NCBI RefSeq assembly: GCF_009914755.1
Contig: NC_060943.1
Reading direction: 5' to 3' (one strand)
DNA length: 64,000 nt
Source of the DNA: the human T2T-CHM13v2.0 reference genome, Homo sapiens
This document shows positions 27,476 through 47,190 of this stretch, in pieces. The notes beneath the pieces were generated by a model, which saw only the letters and a list, made by a program, of their open reading frames with translations, made no database searches and was not told the origin of the DNA. Position 1 is the stretch's first letter. Each line of letters begins with the position of its first letter. The translations under genes and the position numbers were made by a program.

Positions 27476-28240
27476 GAGCACGTGAGTCCTGGCCCAAGCT
27501 GCCCTCTGCGACAAGGCTGGGTGCTAGGTGCTTTCTGTGAGCGCGGCCTCACTGTACACAACAAAACTGAAAACGCAGGCTCCAGAGGAATTTACAGGCT
27601 GGAGGGGATGTTACATCCGTGAGGAGGATGCCCAGCAGAAGCAGAGTCCTCAGAGCTGATGGCGCAGGAGCCCCCCAGTTCATCCCGCTCCGGACCACAC
27701 AGAGCTAACCCTGAGCTGGGAGCCTCCTCCCCGCCCACTTGGCTTCCTGGCCAAGGCCCCCAGGCACATACAGCACGGTGGAGGAGGGTTGAAATAACAC
27801 ACTTTACGAGTGCGCAACACACGATATTGCTAGCCACCGGTCCAGGACTTTCGGTCATGCAAATTGAACAGGTTGTTTTTTTCCAGGCTAGGACTGCTGA
27901 AAACCTATGTGGCTATTTTTCTTTTTTTGAAGGCAGGGTCTCGCTATATTGCCTAGGCTGGAGTGCAGTGGCTATTCATGGGCATAGTCATCAAGCACTA
28001 CAGCAGATGATCATATTAAGCAAGGTACCGCACTGGAGAAGCTCTCAGATACATGCCACAGGGGACCGCTCACTGCCAGGCTGTGTGAAAATGCAGAAAC
28101 TTGGAAACTCTAAATGTCCACTGGCTGGAGAACGGATAGACACACTGTGGAATAACCACGAGGGAAAGCCACGCAGCTGCGGATGCGAGTGGAGCCTCGT
28201 GTGTCAGTGTGAACGGTACTCACAAGCAGTGCTCAGCCTA

Positions 28241-28712
<472 letters not shown>

Positions 28713-29904
28713 TCATTCTTAGCTGCCTTTCTGGATCTGAAACCCTTTATGATACAACCTTCATGAGGTGCCTGAACAAGGGAGGTGCCCTGTGCCACAT
28801 ACTGGTGCCGACCAGCGTGTGGCCCAGGGAATGTGTTCTGAATGCAGTAAGAGGCAACCTCTCCTGGAAGGAGGGCGACCCCCTACCGGCTCCTCTGACA
28901 GCCGAGTGGACTCCTGGGCTCCAGAAACGTGATTGCAGCAGGCAGACCAAAGGTCTTTCTCCTGCCCTCCCTCCCAGCAGCACTCTTTCCTTCCGGGCCC
29001 CAAAGACCCTCCCTGGCTGTGCAGCTGCCCACTATGGAACCCTCAGCCAGTCTAGAGGTGGCACAGGGACCCCACTCAACAGAGGGGCCCACTGGTGCCT
29101 TCTTCTGACAGGCACAGAGTGCTCTGGGGCTAGCCGGGGAGGCTGCTGTGGGAAGGCTGGGAGTGGGAGAACACTGGAAAAATACACAGGATTCTGCAAG
29201 TATGAAATAAAAATGTAAAAGCTAGGGCACAGCGCAGCATTCCAGCGGCCTCCGAGCCAGCCTCTGCAGTGGGCAGCACATACCTCCCAGACACCCACAC
29301 TACGCTCAGCCAGGGGTCCGACAGCTCCAAGGCTCCTCGTGGGTGGAACGCTGACTTGACCAGAGTCAGCAAGAAGCAAGATACTCTGCAGTTCTGGGGG
29401 TTGTCCTTCCTTCCTAAAATAATAGCAGGGATTCTCAACCTTAGAGAAAACCATCAGAGGCCTCAGGAGAGGATGAAGATGATCTTATGCCAGGGTGGGT
29501 GAAGGTTGGGAGATGGGGAAATTCCAACCAGGTCCCTGGGCTGCCCTCTTCTGAGCCACAAAGGCTGGCCTTGAAGGGCCAGGGCTGCCCATCTGTTTCA
29601 AACAATCGGGACTCTGATGAGTGAGGCTGTTAGGCTGATGGATGCCTGCCTGAGTCAGCTGTGGGGCCTCATCCCACAGAGGCGGGTGGCAAGGGATTGC
29701 GGCGAGGGCGGGCAGAAAGTTCCCAGAGCTTCCTTCCGCAGGGGGCTTCCTGAGAATAAGGGTCTCTGCTTAGTGCTGGGGCAAAGTCCCGAAATGACAG
29801 CAGAAAAATAATCAGTCAGCAGTTCTGCTTCCAGCACGCAGGGCTGGATGGGGGTGTCCTGGAGGAAGATATTTGCATTACTGCTTGGGTGATGTTTGGG
29901 AACT

Positions 29905-31590
<1,686 letters not shown>

Positions 31591-33789
31591 TCCAGTTACT
31601 GTTATTGAGCAAGGAAAAATACCACGATCCCCTTTAAAATACATTTTAAAAGTGATAAAATAAAAGTAATTTAAGAGGAAAGAGGCCGAATCAGCTAATG
31701 GGTTCAAGCTGAAGGACAGGCGATGAACCCTGGCTGTCATTTCAGGGCATCACCGCTGGCCAGCTGCCTGCTGTGGTCTGCGAGTCGTGGGAGTGTCACA
31801 TTTGAACGCTGGGACAGGGGACGCAGGCTTAGAAGACAGGTACAGAGAGGGGCAGCGGAAGCACAGGAGACAGCAGGCTCAGAGACAGAAGGGGCCATCC
31901 ACAGGGAGAAGTGGGAGGAGCCGCAGGGCCTATTGTGGCAATCAGAGAGAAGTCACTGCAGCAACTGGGCACAGAGGCCAGGGAGAGAGCTGCAGGATGG
32001 GTGGCCAGGCCCAGCCATGGCAAAAGTCCTAAGAATCTTGGCAAACAGGGCTGGGGAGCCAGTTTCTGGAGGCTGGGAGTGGTTTAGTTTGGGGAAGCAT
32101 TCAAGCCAGGGAACCACCAACTCTGAGCAGACCGGCCCAGCCGGGCAGCAGCAGGTGCATTTCAGCCTGGCCTCGATCAAGGGGGGAAGCAGGCGTCTGG
32201 GCTTGGCTTCTTAGGGACCCTGCTCAGGCAGGCTCTGGGTCAGAGACTGCCTGTGACACAGTCAGGCCCTCGGACCTGGCCAAGTTCAGGTGACTGTCAG
32301 CTGCAGCCCTGGAGCTGGACACACACCCTAAACCACAGGAGACACTCTCTGAGCTGTTGATTTTTTCAGAGCAGTCGGACCTGTTCCCAACCGAGTTCTC
32401 CGAGGCCTTGTCAGCCACCTGCCTCCCTGGTGCTGTGACACGGCCTGGTCAGATGCCTGGCCAGCGGACCAGGGGCTGCTGTTGAGCCACCACCAGGGAC
32501 ACCACAGGGGCCCTGTGGAGGACAGCCCCTCACTCTGAGAAGGAGCCCTCTAGCTCAGCCTCTGTAGGGGGCGTCTCTGGCAACCTCATCAGCAGGCCAG
32601 TGCCCAGCAGAACATGGCCCATCACACATGCCCGAGCACAGCCCAGCCTCAGGAGCTGCCGTCCGATGGGAGGAGAGCACCTCACACGAACACCAGCGTG
32701 TGGCATCTGGGTGGGGGACCCCGAGGCCAGAAGCTCCAAGGGCTGAGAACTCAGTTCCCACATGCATCCCCGGAAGATGCCAAGGATAAGGGGAGATAGA
32801 AACGCGTTCGTTATAGGGCAGACAGGAAGTGGAGAGAAAATGAGGTTGGGAGGTAGGAGAGGCCGGTGACATGGACAGGAGGCAGGAGAGTACAGGGCCC
32901 CACACAGGGTGGGCGGGAGGGACTGACTGTGTGAGTTCCCATGCAGGGGAAGAGTAGCATTTAAACCTGGGACCAAGGCAGGGGCTCCAGAAGCTCCCGA
33001 AATTCGGCTGAGAGCTTGAACTGTACCCTGGGCCAGGTGGAGACCTGCTTCTCTTCCTCTAGGGCGTGCTCACACAAACTCGACACGAGGCCATCCGCTG
33101 TAGGGTGGGGGCCACGGTGGCCCATCCGTCCTTCCATGTGATATTTACCGGCTCCCTGGGGCAGGCCAGCCAGTAAACCAAACACTGGGGATGCAGCAAT
33201 GAGCACAAATGCCTGGCTCCGGCGGCAATGGGCTCATATTCCAGTGGCAACGGCAATGGAATAATCACTCCCATTGGCATGAAACCATGTGGGGAGCTGT
33301 CCACTTGGGGGCCAGGGCAGAGGAGACGCATGTTCCCGGCCCAGGGAGGGGAGTGGGCCCACTCACCCCATGCCCTCGCAGGCCTGATGCCATCTGGATT
33401 CTGAGTATCTGCCATGACCACCGCCCCTACAGACTGTGTCACACGCGGCATGACCCCTGCTGGGTGCTTCGTCCCCTTACCCAGGTGTGGAACTGCGGCC
33501 CGCTAGGCGGGAGCCCCCTCCCAGGCGGTCAGTGGGCCGCTGCTGAGTCAGGTCCAATGGAGGAAACTGTCCGTCTATCTTCCTGCTGTGGTGAGGAGGT
33601 CTCCCCGTGACCCTGCTCTCAGGGCCTGGTCAGCAGGTTTTTCTAGGAGTGGAGAGGAAAAGGAAGACAGGGCCGTCCTCCCAGAGCCTGAGTTCAGGGA
33701 GCCCTGGGTACTGCTTAACAGGAAATGAGCAGAAACGCACCAAGCTGCAGTGCTCAGGAAAAGTGCTTGCCAAATCCAGCCCTGCAAAA

Positions 33790-33995
33790 GGCGAGAGATA
33801 GAGAAAGAGAGAGACAGGCAGGCAGACAGACAGGAAGAAGGTGTGGAGAGGACAGACAGAGAGAGAGGAAGAAGAGGTGAGAGGGCAAAAGAAGGGAGAG
33901 ACAGAGAGAAAGACAAGGGAAGAGTGAGAACAGAAAGAGAGGAAGAAGAGGGGGGAGAGATAGGGAGAGGAGGGGAGAGAAGGGAGAGAGGGAAA
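33790..33995. repeat. GA-rich low-complexity tract
   Basis: About 200 bp, mostly purine on the + strand. Confidence 0.85.
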
Positions 33996-35685
33996 CCCGC
34001 TGCAGCCCTGGCCACCACATTCTTTCATCCGCTTTCCAGGGACAGCTTCGAAAAAGAACCAGAAGAGACCGCCCCCTGACACTTCAGCTCACACATTAAA
34101 AAGCCATTAGAGTTGGAGAGCTCAGGTCCTGCTGAGATGCCTCCAGAGCCTGTTGAGCTCCTGACACCTACCCCACCCCCACCCCGGGGCAATGCTTCCC
34201 CTTCCAACCCTCCCGGCACTTAAAGACCTCAGGGGCTTGGAAAAGAGAAACATGGAGGCCGCTCTGAGCTTCTCCTCTAAGCTCTGCCCCGGGCAGCGCC
34301 GAAACCTGCGGCTGCCTCCGAAATCCTACTGGGGACGTTGGCAGCATGCTCCAAATTAAACACGACGTTTCCCCAGATCAGATCAGTTGCAAAACACTGG
34401 AAACAATCACGGAGGAGGAAAAGGGCTAAGGCAGCAGTGAAGGCTTGGCTGTACCCTAGGCCCCTGGATTAAAGTCCACTGGACACAGAGACACAGGCAG
34501 GTCTGAGCGGGACGGGCCTCAACCTGCAGGTTTCTCCTTTGAGGAAAAAATGCAACAGACACACACACAGACATCTGAGGGGCCCAGCTGCCAGCTCAGA
34601 CCTCAGGTGCACTGCGCACGTGACAGCGGCCACCCCTGGGTGGCCAGGGGCGGGGTGAGCAGTGTCATGTTCTCTGTGTGCTTGATAGGTCTGGGGTGTC
34701 AAAATGTGACAGCCCCCAATTTCTTCAACTGAGCGGCATAAGGTGAGACACCTCATCTCGCACTCGCAGGCTGTTATTAGGGGCACCTGGAATATAATTA
34801 AGTACTGCAGAGCTGGGCTTTAACACACACCCAGATAAGCAGGGCGATCAGCACCCACGGAGCCCCAACTGGTCTTTGGTGAACACGGGATTCTGAGTCA
34901 GAGACAAACTTTTAGCCGAACTTTCAGCCCTTGACTTGTTCTGGGACCTACTGTACAGCAGTCACGGGTGGCAGAAATCGGAGTCTGATGACCCCTTGGT
35001 CCTGGTTTGTTAAGAATGGGAAAACGTAGGATGCTGCTTGGTTACAAAGTGCCCAGTGACCACCAACAGCCAACCCTGTGAAGGGGGCCAGGTGAGCCAG
35101 GTTTCACAGACAGGCCCGGGGAGCCGTGGGGTGTAAGGAGCCTCTAGCTTCCTTTGGGGAAAGGCAGTCTCAAACTTCTGTGTCTGCACAGCCCAGCTGG
35201 CACACAGTTCAGGCCTCCACACAGCTGCTGGTTCCACCCGTCTGCAAGCCAGAAACAGAGTGAGCCCTGCCTGTCCTGGGGTGGCCCAGGGTCCACGCCG
35301 CCGGCTCCAATGCCGGCTCCAATGCCTCAAGGCACACACCAGTACATGCCGCACGTTCCTGGATTCAGTCACCAGAGCTTCCTGCAAGAACGGACTTAAC
35401 TCCATTCCCATCATACGTGGACATCACAAAGCAAAGTCCCTTCCTACATCTGTTGCCAACACCTCCCCGAGGGAGAGGGGGCTTCCGGAGGTCAGCCTGC
35501 AGCTGCTGGACTCACCGGCCTTGTCCCGGGCACAGCCTCTGAATCACCAACGCCGGCCCTTACCAGCCCACACAAAAGTGCCTCTCAACTACCTGTCACT
35601 CCCAGCACAAGGGTATACACTTTTATCTGTGCCAAGGTGAAGGGGTTATGAACCCCATATTTTTGTATCTTAAGATTATTCCCAC

Positions 35686-37260
<1,575 letters not shown>

Positions 37261-38216
37261 TAAAAATAGGTCAGAACAAGCAGTATCGTTGACATTCTGA
37301 AACACCAGCCATGTCCCAGACACTGCTTACTCTGACCTACAGCCCCCAAATAGGTGGGGCCCAGGATCCCCCGGCAGACAGTCCTCCCCCAACCCCACTG
37401 GCCTCTCCTTTTCTCCTAGGCACAAACCCAGGGCCTAAGGAGCATCAGGCAGATTTCAAAGCTATGGGAGGTGACGCTTGTGAATGTCCCTCCTAGCTCA
37501 GTCTGAAGCAATCTTTCCATTCAAATGTTCAAACCCTCTCCCTCCTTTCAGGCAAAAAAAAAAAAAAAAAAAGCCAGCATTCCAGGCAGCTGCCAGCTCT
37601 ACCCCTAGTTACACTCTCAATCTCACACAGCCCGGCCACAAGATTTATCAGGAAGCCAGTTAGCAGCTTAAGCCTGGAAATAATGTCACCCAAACCCCCA
37701 GCACACCAAGGGAACTTCTGAGAGCAGCTCTCGCTAGCCGCATTCTTTCACCCTCCTTAGTCCCCCAGTTCTAGCTGCGCACGGATGCCAGGAGGCTCTT
37801 GAGGGAGTGGGTGTCACACAGGCAGAAAGGAGGGAACCAGGGAGATGGGACCATGACGGACGGCTTTTTACTGCTTTCTTCCAGATGATTCAACTTTCCC
37901 CAGCTCAGGCCCTCAACCAGTCTATGGCCAGTTCATGACAAGAAGTAAAAACTCACAAACTGCCCACTCAAGCCCAAACCAATTTTGAACAAGTTCCCAA
38001 AAGGTTTTGCAGGGAGATGAACTAGCCTGGAACCCACTAAGGTTCTTACCATTATCACCAACGAGAGATCAGAAACTCAGAACCAACAACACAGCCTCGC
38101 CTGTTAGAAAGTAAGTTTATCTTTTCCAGCACTCTCTCCCGCATCCTCCCGGCCTCTGTTGATCAATTTAGAAAGGACACCGTAAGAACCCTTGGAAGTC
38201 TAGAGCCTGGTTTAAA

Positions 38217-38430
38217 GCAGGGTTTCTTAAGCTCAACTCTACTGACGTAGGGCTGGAGAATTCTTCCTTTGCAGCGGGGGGAAGCTGTCCTATGCATTGT
38301 AGGATGCTTGGCAACCATCCCTGGCCCCTATCCCCTCGATGCCATGAGCATTCTCTCCCAAAGTTGCGATAACAACTGTCTCCGACATTGCCAAGCCAAG
38401 GAAGGGGTCTGCGCCATCCCCGGCTGACAG
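38217..38430 (-). mobile_element. MER20 (hAT-Charlie)
   Basis: cagggtttct...gctgtcctatgcattgtaggatg...tctccgacattgccaa is the reverse of the MER20 consensus. Confidence 0.75.
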
Positions 38431-39050
38431 CGCTGATGGGCGCGTGCCCCTCCTTCAGGAGCCCCGATGCCTGTGGCTCTCAACTATTAAATCAAGTTCC
38501 AGCAAAGAACTGGAAACCTTTAAGCTGTGTATGGAACCATTGTGTGTAGCACTGGAAACTGTCCCTTTTCTAAGTCACTGTAAATGGTGTTTTTTTTGGA
38601 GACAGGGTCTGGCTCTGTCTCCCAGGCTGGAGTGCAGTGCTACAATCAGGGCTCCCTGCAGCCCTGACCTCCTCAGGTGCAAGCGATAAAGGTTCCTCGT
38701 GATCAGCTGGAAGGTACTTTTGAATTAAAGGTTCACACTGAAGAACCTAAGTGGATAGTGGCATTTGAGGCCAGCAGTGAAAGTGTTTCCTCTCAAAGAG
38801 TTCCCTACACAGCAGCAGACATGGTTATTCTGAGAGTCATGTATGTTCTGTGTTTCTCTGTGAACCATGTTTCAGTCTTTGTTTCTGTCATCATATGTAC
38901 GGGAAATTCCATAGAGACTACATCACACAAAACTGACATTGTCAATTACCAGGAAATACAGGTGCTCACCTTTTGAAGGCTTATTCATACATATGGTTGC
39001 CACAATACGTATATATGATAAACAGTGTATGTATACATACAAGTTGTTTA

Positions 39051-40010
<960 letters not shown>

Positions 40011-40101
40011 AAACTAGGAAAATCGTAAGAATGGCTCAGTGGGGATTTTTTTGTTCCTTTGTTTTGGTATAATTATCCTCATTTTTTTTCCAAATCTTCA
40101 A

Positions 40102-40305
40102 GCAGGGTTTCTCAAATTTTGGTACTATTGACATTTGGGGCCAGGTAATTCTTGGGGGCAGTGGGGAGATGCTGCCCTGGGCACCGGAGGATGTCCAGCA
40201 ATATCCTCTACCTACTAGTAGCCAGCAGCACCGCACCAAGCTGTGACAACCAAAAAGGTCCCAGACATTGTCAATGTCCCCTGGAGGACAGAACTGGCCC
40301 TGTTT
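40102..40305 (-). mobile_element. MER20
   Basis: cagggtttctcaa...ctattgacatttggggcc...gtgacaaccaaaaa...ccagacattg. Confidence 0.8.
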
Positions 40306-41251
40306 TACAGGAAGATAAATGTCCCCTAATCCTTTTGTGTAAAAGGGGGAATGTTTTTTACCCTTAGACCGGATAAGCAAGACCAGCTGAGACCTACTGG
40401 TATAAAGCATACTGCCTGCTCACATGGTGAGAACTCAATAAATGTTTGTATCACTACGTAATGAGAGATCCCGAGAGATGTCACTTTCCAACAGGCACAG
40501 CAGAGGGTGAAAGAGTTGTTATTAGACTAAAAACAAAAAAAGAGACACAAATAGTCGGATACGTCCAGATAACAGCTGAGATGTCAGAGGGAACCATGGC
40601 AATGATCACAGAAGAGCATGGAACGCAGCCAGGGTGACTTCTAAGAGCACGACTCAGGACAGAATTGACCAGGAGGCCAAGACGACAGCCCCGAGGGTGG
40701 GCTGTGGCCATTGTGCTTTGGGACTAGGCCTCGGGATGTGGAAATAGGCAATCCTAAGCCCAGCTAACACCACACTGTCCTTTCCAGGCTTCAAGGCGCC
40801 ATTCACAGATCTGAACGCAGGTCATCCTGCTTCCCTTGAGAGAGACAAAGTCCTGGTGGCCGGCACAAGAGGCCTGGTTCATTCCTCTAAAGAGGGTGTC
40901 AGCTCAGGACAATATGGGCACAGGCCCTGATCGCTGGGAGTGGGGGTGGTGGCTTCCAGAGACCTGTCTATAGCAGGGAACAAAGTGGCCCAGGAATTCC
41001 TCCAAGACCTCTGAGGACATCTTTCCTGCTAGGGAGCAGTACTCTATGGTGCTCTAACCAAGCAGGTGAAGGTCTGACGCCTGCTGGGCAAGGTCTAACC
41101 CAGGGCCAGGCCATCTGATTTCAAAGTGCTGGGGCAAGGGGGTGGGACTGTTCTCAGTGACAACTCTAAAATTCGTCTGGATTAAATCTTTCTCCAGGGT
41201 TTAACCATCATCTGGGGTGTAGAGATAGACCCTAAGTATCTATATCCCTAA

Positions 41252-42770
<1,519 letters not shown>

Positions 42771-42929
42771 CAAGAAGTGTGGAGTATGGTCTAGTGCAGT
42801 AGTCCTGGGGGACAGGAAAGGAAGGGAGGAAGGAAAGAAGAGAAGGGAGGGAGGGAGAGAGGCAAGGAGGGAGGGAGGAAGGAAGGAAAGAAGGAAGGAA
42901 GGAACGAAGGGAGGGAAGGAGGACTGATT

Positions 42930-43110
42930 CTAAGGGGACACACAGTGATGTCTCAAGATATTTTTGGTTGTCACGACTTGGGGGTGCTCCTGGCCCGGAG
43001 TGGGTGGAGGCCAGGGGCGCTGCTCAGCACCCCGCAGTGCCCAGGACGGCCCCACCACGGAGAACAATCCAGCCCGATGTCAACAGTGCCGACGGAGGGG
43101 GAGAAATCCC
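42930..43110 (+). mobile_element. MER20
   Basis: ggggaca...atttttggttgtcacgac...gaggccaggg...gctgct...atgtcaacagtgcc. Confidence 0.75.
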
Positions 43111-43747
43111 GCTCCAGTGTGATCTCCAAGCAATGAAAAACACAGCACACAGGATTCTGTGGCATATGCTATCACAGGGTACGTGTTTTTAAAGGAAAGG
43201 CACACACGTATCTTAGGAAAGGGACATACGGAGTCGATGACAGTCGCTTGTCTCTGGGGAGAAGGGCTGGCTGCCCGAGGAGCAGAGAGGGGAAACTGAC
43301 TTCTTCCTCTACCTTTTCAACTTTGTACCTTGCCCATCCAGAGGATTTTGAACGTAACTGCTCTAGACGCAACTTTTCCCTGGCTCTGGGTTATCTGGCA
43401 AGAGTCCTGTGTCGACAGCCTCGGGACTCCTCTCTTCCCCTTCTCTCCCCGCACCCCGCCTTTGCAGCGGAGAGAAGGAGGGGAGAGGTCCGCGTCCCTG
43501 GGCAGCCCAGGGTGCCTCTCCCCTCCTCCCAGGGGCTCTGTCCCCGCTTCTGGAGCCCGCATGGCGGGCAGGGCCTGGGCCACCTCGTCGCCCCCGTCCG
43601 TCCCTTGGTCTTCCCACCTGGCAGGGGACACGCGCCAACGTCCCCACCTCGGTCCCCCCGGCCCCCTCCCGGGCCAGGTCGGGCCTGGCTCCCTCATCCG
43701 GGCAGCCCGGGGCCCGGTACTCGGCTCCCGCCTGGGCCTGCGCTCAC

Positions 43748-43792
43748 CTGGCTCGCCTTGTAGAACTGCTTCTTCAGCCCCGCCACCGACAT
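43748..43792 (-). CDS. SH3GL1: SH3GL1 exon 1 coding part (N-terminal amphipathic H0 helix)
   Basis: ATG at 43792-43790. MSVAGLKKQFYKASQ, then gtgagc donor. The ten exons sum to 1107 nt (368 aa + stop) with consistent phases. Confidence 0.97.
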
Positions 43793-44158
43793 GCTGCCGC
43801 CCGCCGCCGAGCCTCCCGCCCGGACCGCGCCAGCGACAGGCTCCCGGGCGCCGCCGACCCTCTGCGCGCCTCAGCAGTCCCCGTCGGCGCCGCCTCCGCC
43901 ACCCGCTTGCCAGCTCCGCGCCCGCCCCGGCGCCGCCTCAGCCGCTCGCGCGCCCGCGCGGCCAGGATATTACATGGCAACCGCACGCTTCCGGTGCCGG
44001 CCCCCGCGCGCGCCCCCGGCCCCCGCGCGCGCCCCCGGCCCCGTCTGCGCACGCGCGCCCTCTGCCGGCTGAAGAGCGCACGTGCACATTGTCTACCGCG
44101 GGAGAGGCCGCCTCTGTCAGTGAGTTGAGCGGGGCGAGCCTAGAGGGGCCGTAGCAGT

Positions 44159-44177
44159 TGCAGCGCCCCCTGGAGTC
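44159..44177 (-). promoter_or_regulatory. Candidate CTCF site
   Basis: Reverse strand ACTCCAGGGGGCGCTGCA is a close match to the CTCF core CCASYAGRKGGCRS. Confidence 0.6.
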
Positions 44178-44293
44178 GTGGAGGTGACCCTAACGTCTTG
44201 GAAAACGCGCTTAGTTTAAACCTGGCCAGGGAGGTTGGGAAGTAGAAGGGGCCCCTGCTTACGATTCTTCAGATTCCTGTTTACTCATCTTAG

Positions 44294-45030
<737 letters not shown>

Positions 45031-45034
45031 GAAA

Positions 45035-45086
45035 GGAAGGAAGGAAGGAAGGAAGGAAGGAAGGAAGGAAGGAAGGAAGGAAGGAA
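45035..45086 (+). repeat. (GGAA)13 microsatellite flanked by GAAA repeats
   Basis: 13 uninterrupted GGAA units in an Alu tail. Confidence 0.95.
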
Positions 45087-45179
45087 GAAAGAAAGAAAGA
45101 AAACCTGTTTCTACACTCACAGGCTGACACTGAAGTTCTCTGTTTTGTGTGAGGCTTTTAATCTGCTTGATCTACACAG

Positions 45180-45600
45180 TTCAATCAAATATTTATACAT
45201 TCACTCAAACATTTATTGACCTGGTAAATATGATCAGTTACTAACAGGTCCTGGGGTTCCAGTGAGGAATGAGTCCTACCCTCGCCAGAACTAATGACAA
45301 AAGGCAGAAATTAATTCATTAGTCAAATAACAAACTAATAAATAGACACAGCTGTAATTGCTTTAAGGAAAAGAACAGTGTTGTAGGCACTTGATATTGT
45401 CAGGGTTGGGGAAGAAAAGGCTTCCTGGGGTGACGATCTAAGATCTGAAAAGTATAAATCAGCCAGGAAAAGAGCTGCGAAAAGATTGTTCTAGGCAGAG
45501 AAAACAGCATGTGCCAATTTCCTGAGGATTAAACCAGAAACGATCCATTTCGTCCATTTCGTTCACTCATTCTACATGTTATTTACTGAATGTCAAATAC
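45180..45600. mobile_element. L2-like relic
   Basis: cattcactcaaacatttattga and ttctaggcagagaaaacagcatgtgc resemble the L2 3' consensus. Confidence 0.55.
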
Positions 45601-45799
45601 TTCCGAAGCGCTCCCCAGACTTCGTTTTATTGTTCTTGTAGAAAGCAATTTATAATTTTAATTGCTGTTGCTATATTTAGCCGATGTCCCATTAGGATAA
45701 ACTCAAAACTCCAGGTTCCTCATCTAAATCCCACTTTCAAGTTGTCATCTGCGCCTTGCGTAAAATGTTCTGGTGACGTAAGAGCCTGGGCCTCCCTCC

Positions 45800-46450
45800 T
45801 CTTAGGGACTATCCCACGCGATCAGCCAGTCGCAGCGCAGAGCAATGAGCTTGACACCTCCTTCCTCCAATCGCAGGGCAGCTCCTCCCAGCCAATGACA
45901 GGCCTCCGAGGGGAAGGCCAGTCCCTCGCGGATATGTCAATGGGCGAGCCCTGGGAGGAATGGAAGTCACGGATCTCGCGAGGATGCCCCCGGCGCCCCT
46001 CAATTCCCGAGGCGGGCCGTCACGTGACCCGGGCTCGCCCAATTGGCGCGCGGACTGCGGGGGTCGCCGCGGTTCCCGCCAAATACGAGCGCGGCGGCCG
46101 CGGCGGCAGCAGCGGCGCGGGCGGGAGGGCGAAGAGCAGCGGCCGCCTGAGGGGAGCCCGCGCCTCCGCCGCCTGAGAGGAGGTCGAGCTGCCGCCGGGG
46201 CGATGCTGGAGGAGCTGGAGTGCGGGGCGCCCGGCGCCAGGGGAGCCGCCACAGGTCGGTTCGGGCCCGCGCCGAGGGGAAGGGGGGGCGCGGCGCGCGG
46301 CCTGGACGGGCCGAGGCGGCGATGGGAGGCGGACGGGCCTCCGGGCGCCAAGCCTGGTCCTGCGGGCCGGGCGTTCACACCCTGGGGCCTTCTCATCCCC
46401 AGCGAGGGCCTGGCGTCCCCAAGGGCACCCTTGTTGACGTTATTGTTGTA
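45800..46450 (+). promoter_or_regulatory. CHAF1A: CHAF1A CpG-island promoter with S-phase gene architecture
   Basis: CCAAT boxes at 45867, 45892 and 46039 (CCAATTGG). TCTCGCGAGG (BANP/ZBTB33-like) at 45974-45983. Palindromic E-box GTCACGTGAC at 46019-46028. E2F sites TTGGCGCG at 46043-46050 and TTCCCGCCAAA at 46073-46083. Confidence 0.85.
46203..46254 (+). CDS. CHAF1A: CHAF1A exon 1 coding part
   Basis: MLEELECGAPGARGAAT(A), ACAG|gtcggt donor. Confidence 0.92.
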
Positions 46451-46999
46451 GCCGCGACCGTATTGTTTGTTTCCGGCGCTTTTGCGTCAGTTCGTCCCTC
46501 CAGGACTCTCTGGGGCGGTGGGTCGGAGGGGCCGAGAGGGGAAACTGAGGCCCAGGGAAGCGAAAGGGCTTGCCCTGCAGGTTACTGGATGCGTTTGTGT
46601 CCCTTGACCATGTTGGACCTTGCAGCGGGTGGGGAAACTGAGGCCCAAGGTCGCACGGGCTCGGGGACCAGTTACCGATGCCGCTGAGGGTCGGGGTAAG
46701 CCCGAGTAAGAAGAGGCCCAGATGGTAGAGATGGCCAGGAGGGTGGGACTCCCGAGTTCTTGCTCCTTCCTGATATGCACCGTGACTTCCTCCTCCGTGT
46801 GCCTTGGAATGGGGTCTTTGGAGCCCACCACAGGCCTCCTGAAACGTGGGAGGGTGAACCAAGGAAGACCAGACTGTCCCTCTCCCTTGCTGGACTCTGC
46901 ATTACATAACGCTTTGGCAGCACTTGGCATTACGCTTTGGCACATAGTAGGTGCTCAGTAAATAACGTGAACGAATGAAGGGCTAGAATGGACGCCAGT

Positions 47000-47190
47000 C
47001 CAGTTTCTCAGCCTCAGCAGTGTTGATATTTGTTGCCGTCCTGGGCACGGCACTGCAGGGTGTTAAGCATCATCCCTGGCCTCCGCCTTTTGCAGGCCAG
47101 TAGCAGCCCCTCTCACCATGCCTTAGTAACAGCCAGAAATACCATTGCCCTGTGTCCCCTATGGGGCAGATTCCGCCTTGGCTGAAAATC
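47000..47190 (-). mobile_element. MER20 (degenerate)
   Basis: gtttctcagcctcagca..gttgatattt...agcatcatccctggcctc...gccagtagca. Confidence 0.65.

Larger units (their letters stand above)
43480..44180 (-). promoter_or_regulatory. SH3GL1: SH3GL1 CpG-island promoter and 5' UTR
   Basis: Very CpG-dense. RFX X-box-like GTTGCCATGTAAT (43969-43981, -), ETS CCGGAAG (43988-43994, -), NRF1-like TGCGCACGCGC (44046-44056), E-box CACGTG (44079-44084). Confidence 0.85.

Noticed and set aside
42815-42925. Second GGAA-rich tract as an ETS-fusion element
   Set aside because: Interrupted, with only about 3 consecutive GGAA units.
43248-44154. Long Pro/Arg/Ala-rich + strand ORFs (171-274 aa)
   Set aside because: CpG-island artefacts antisense to SH3GL1 exon 1.
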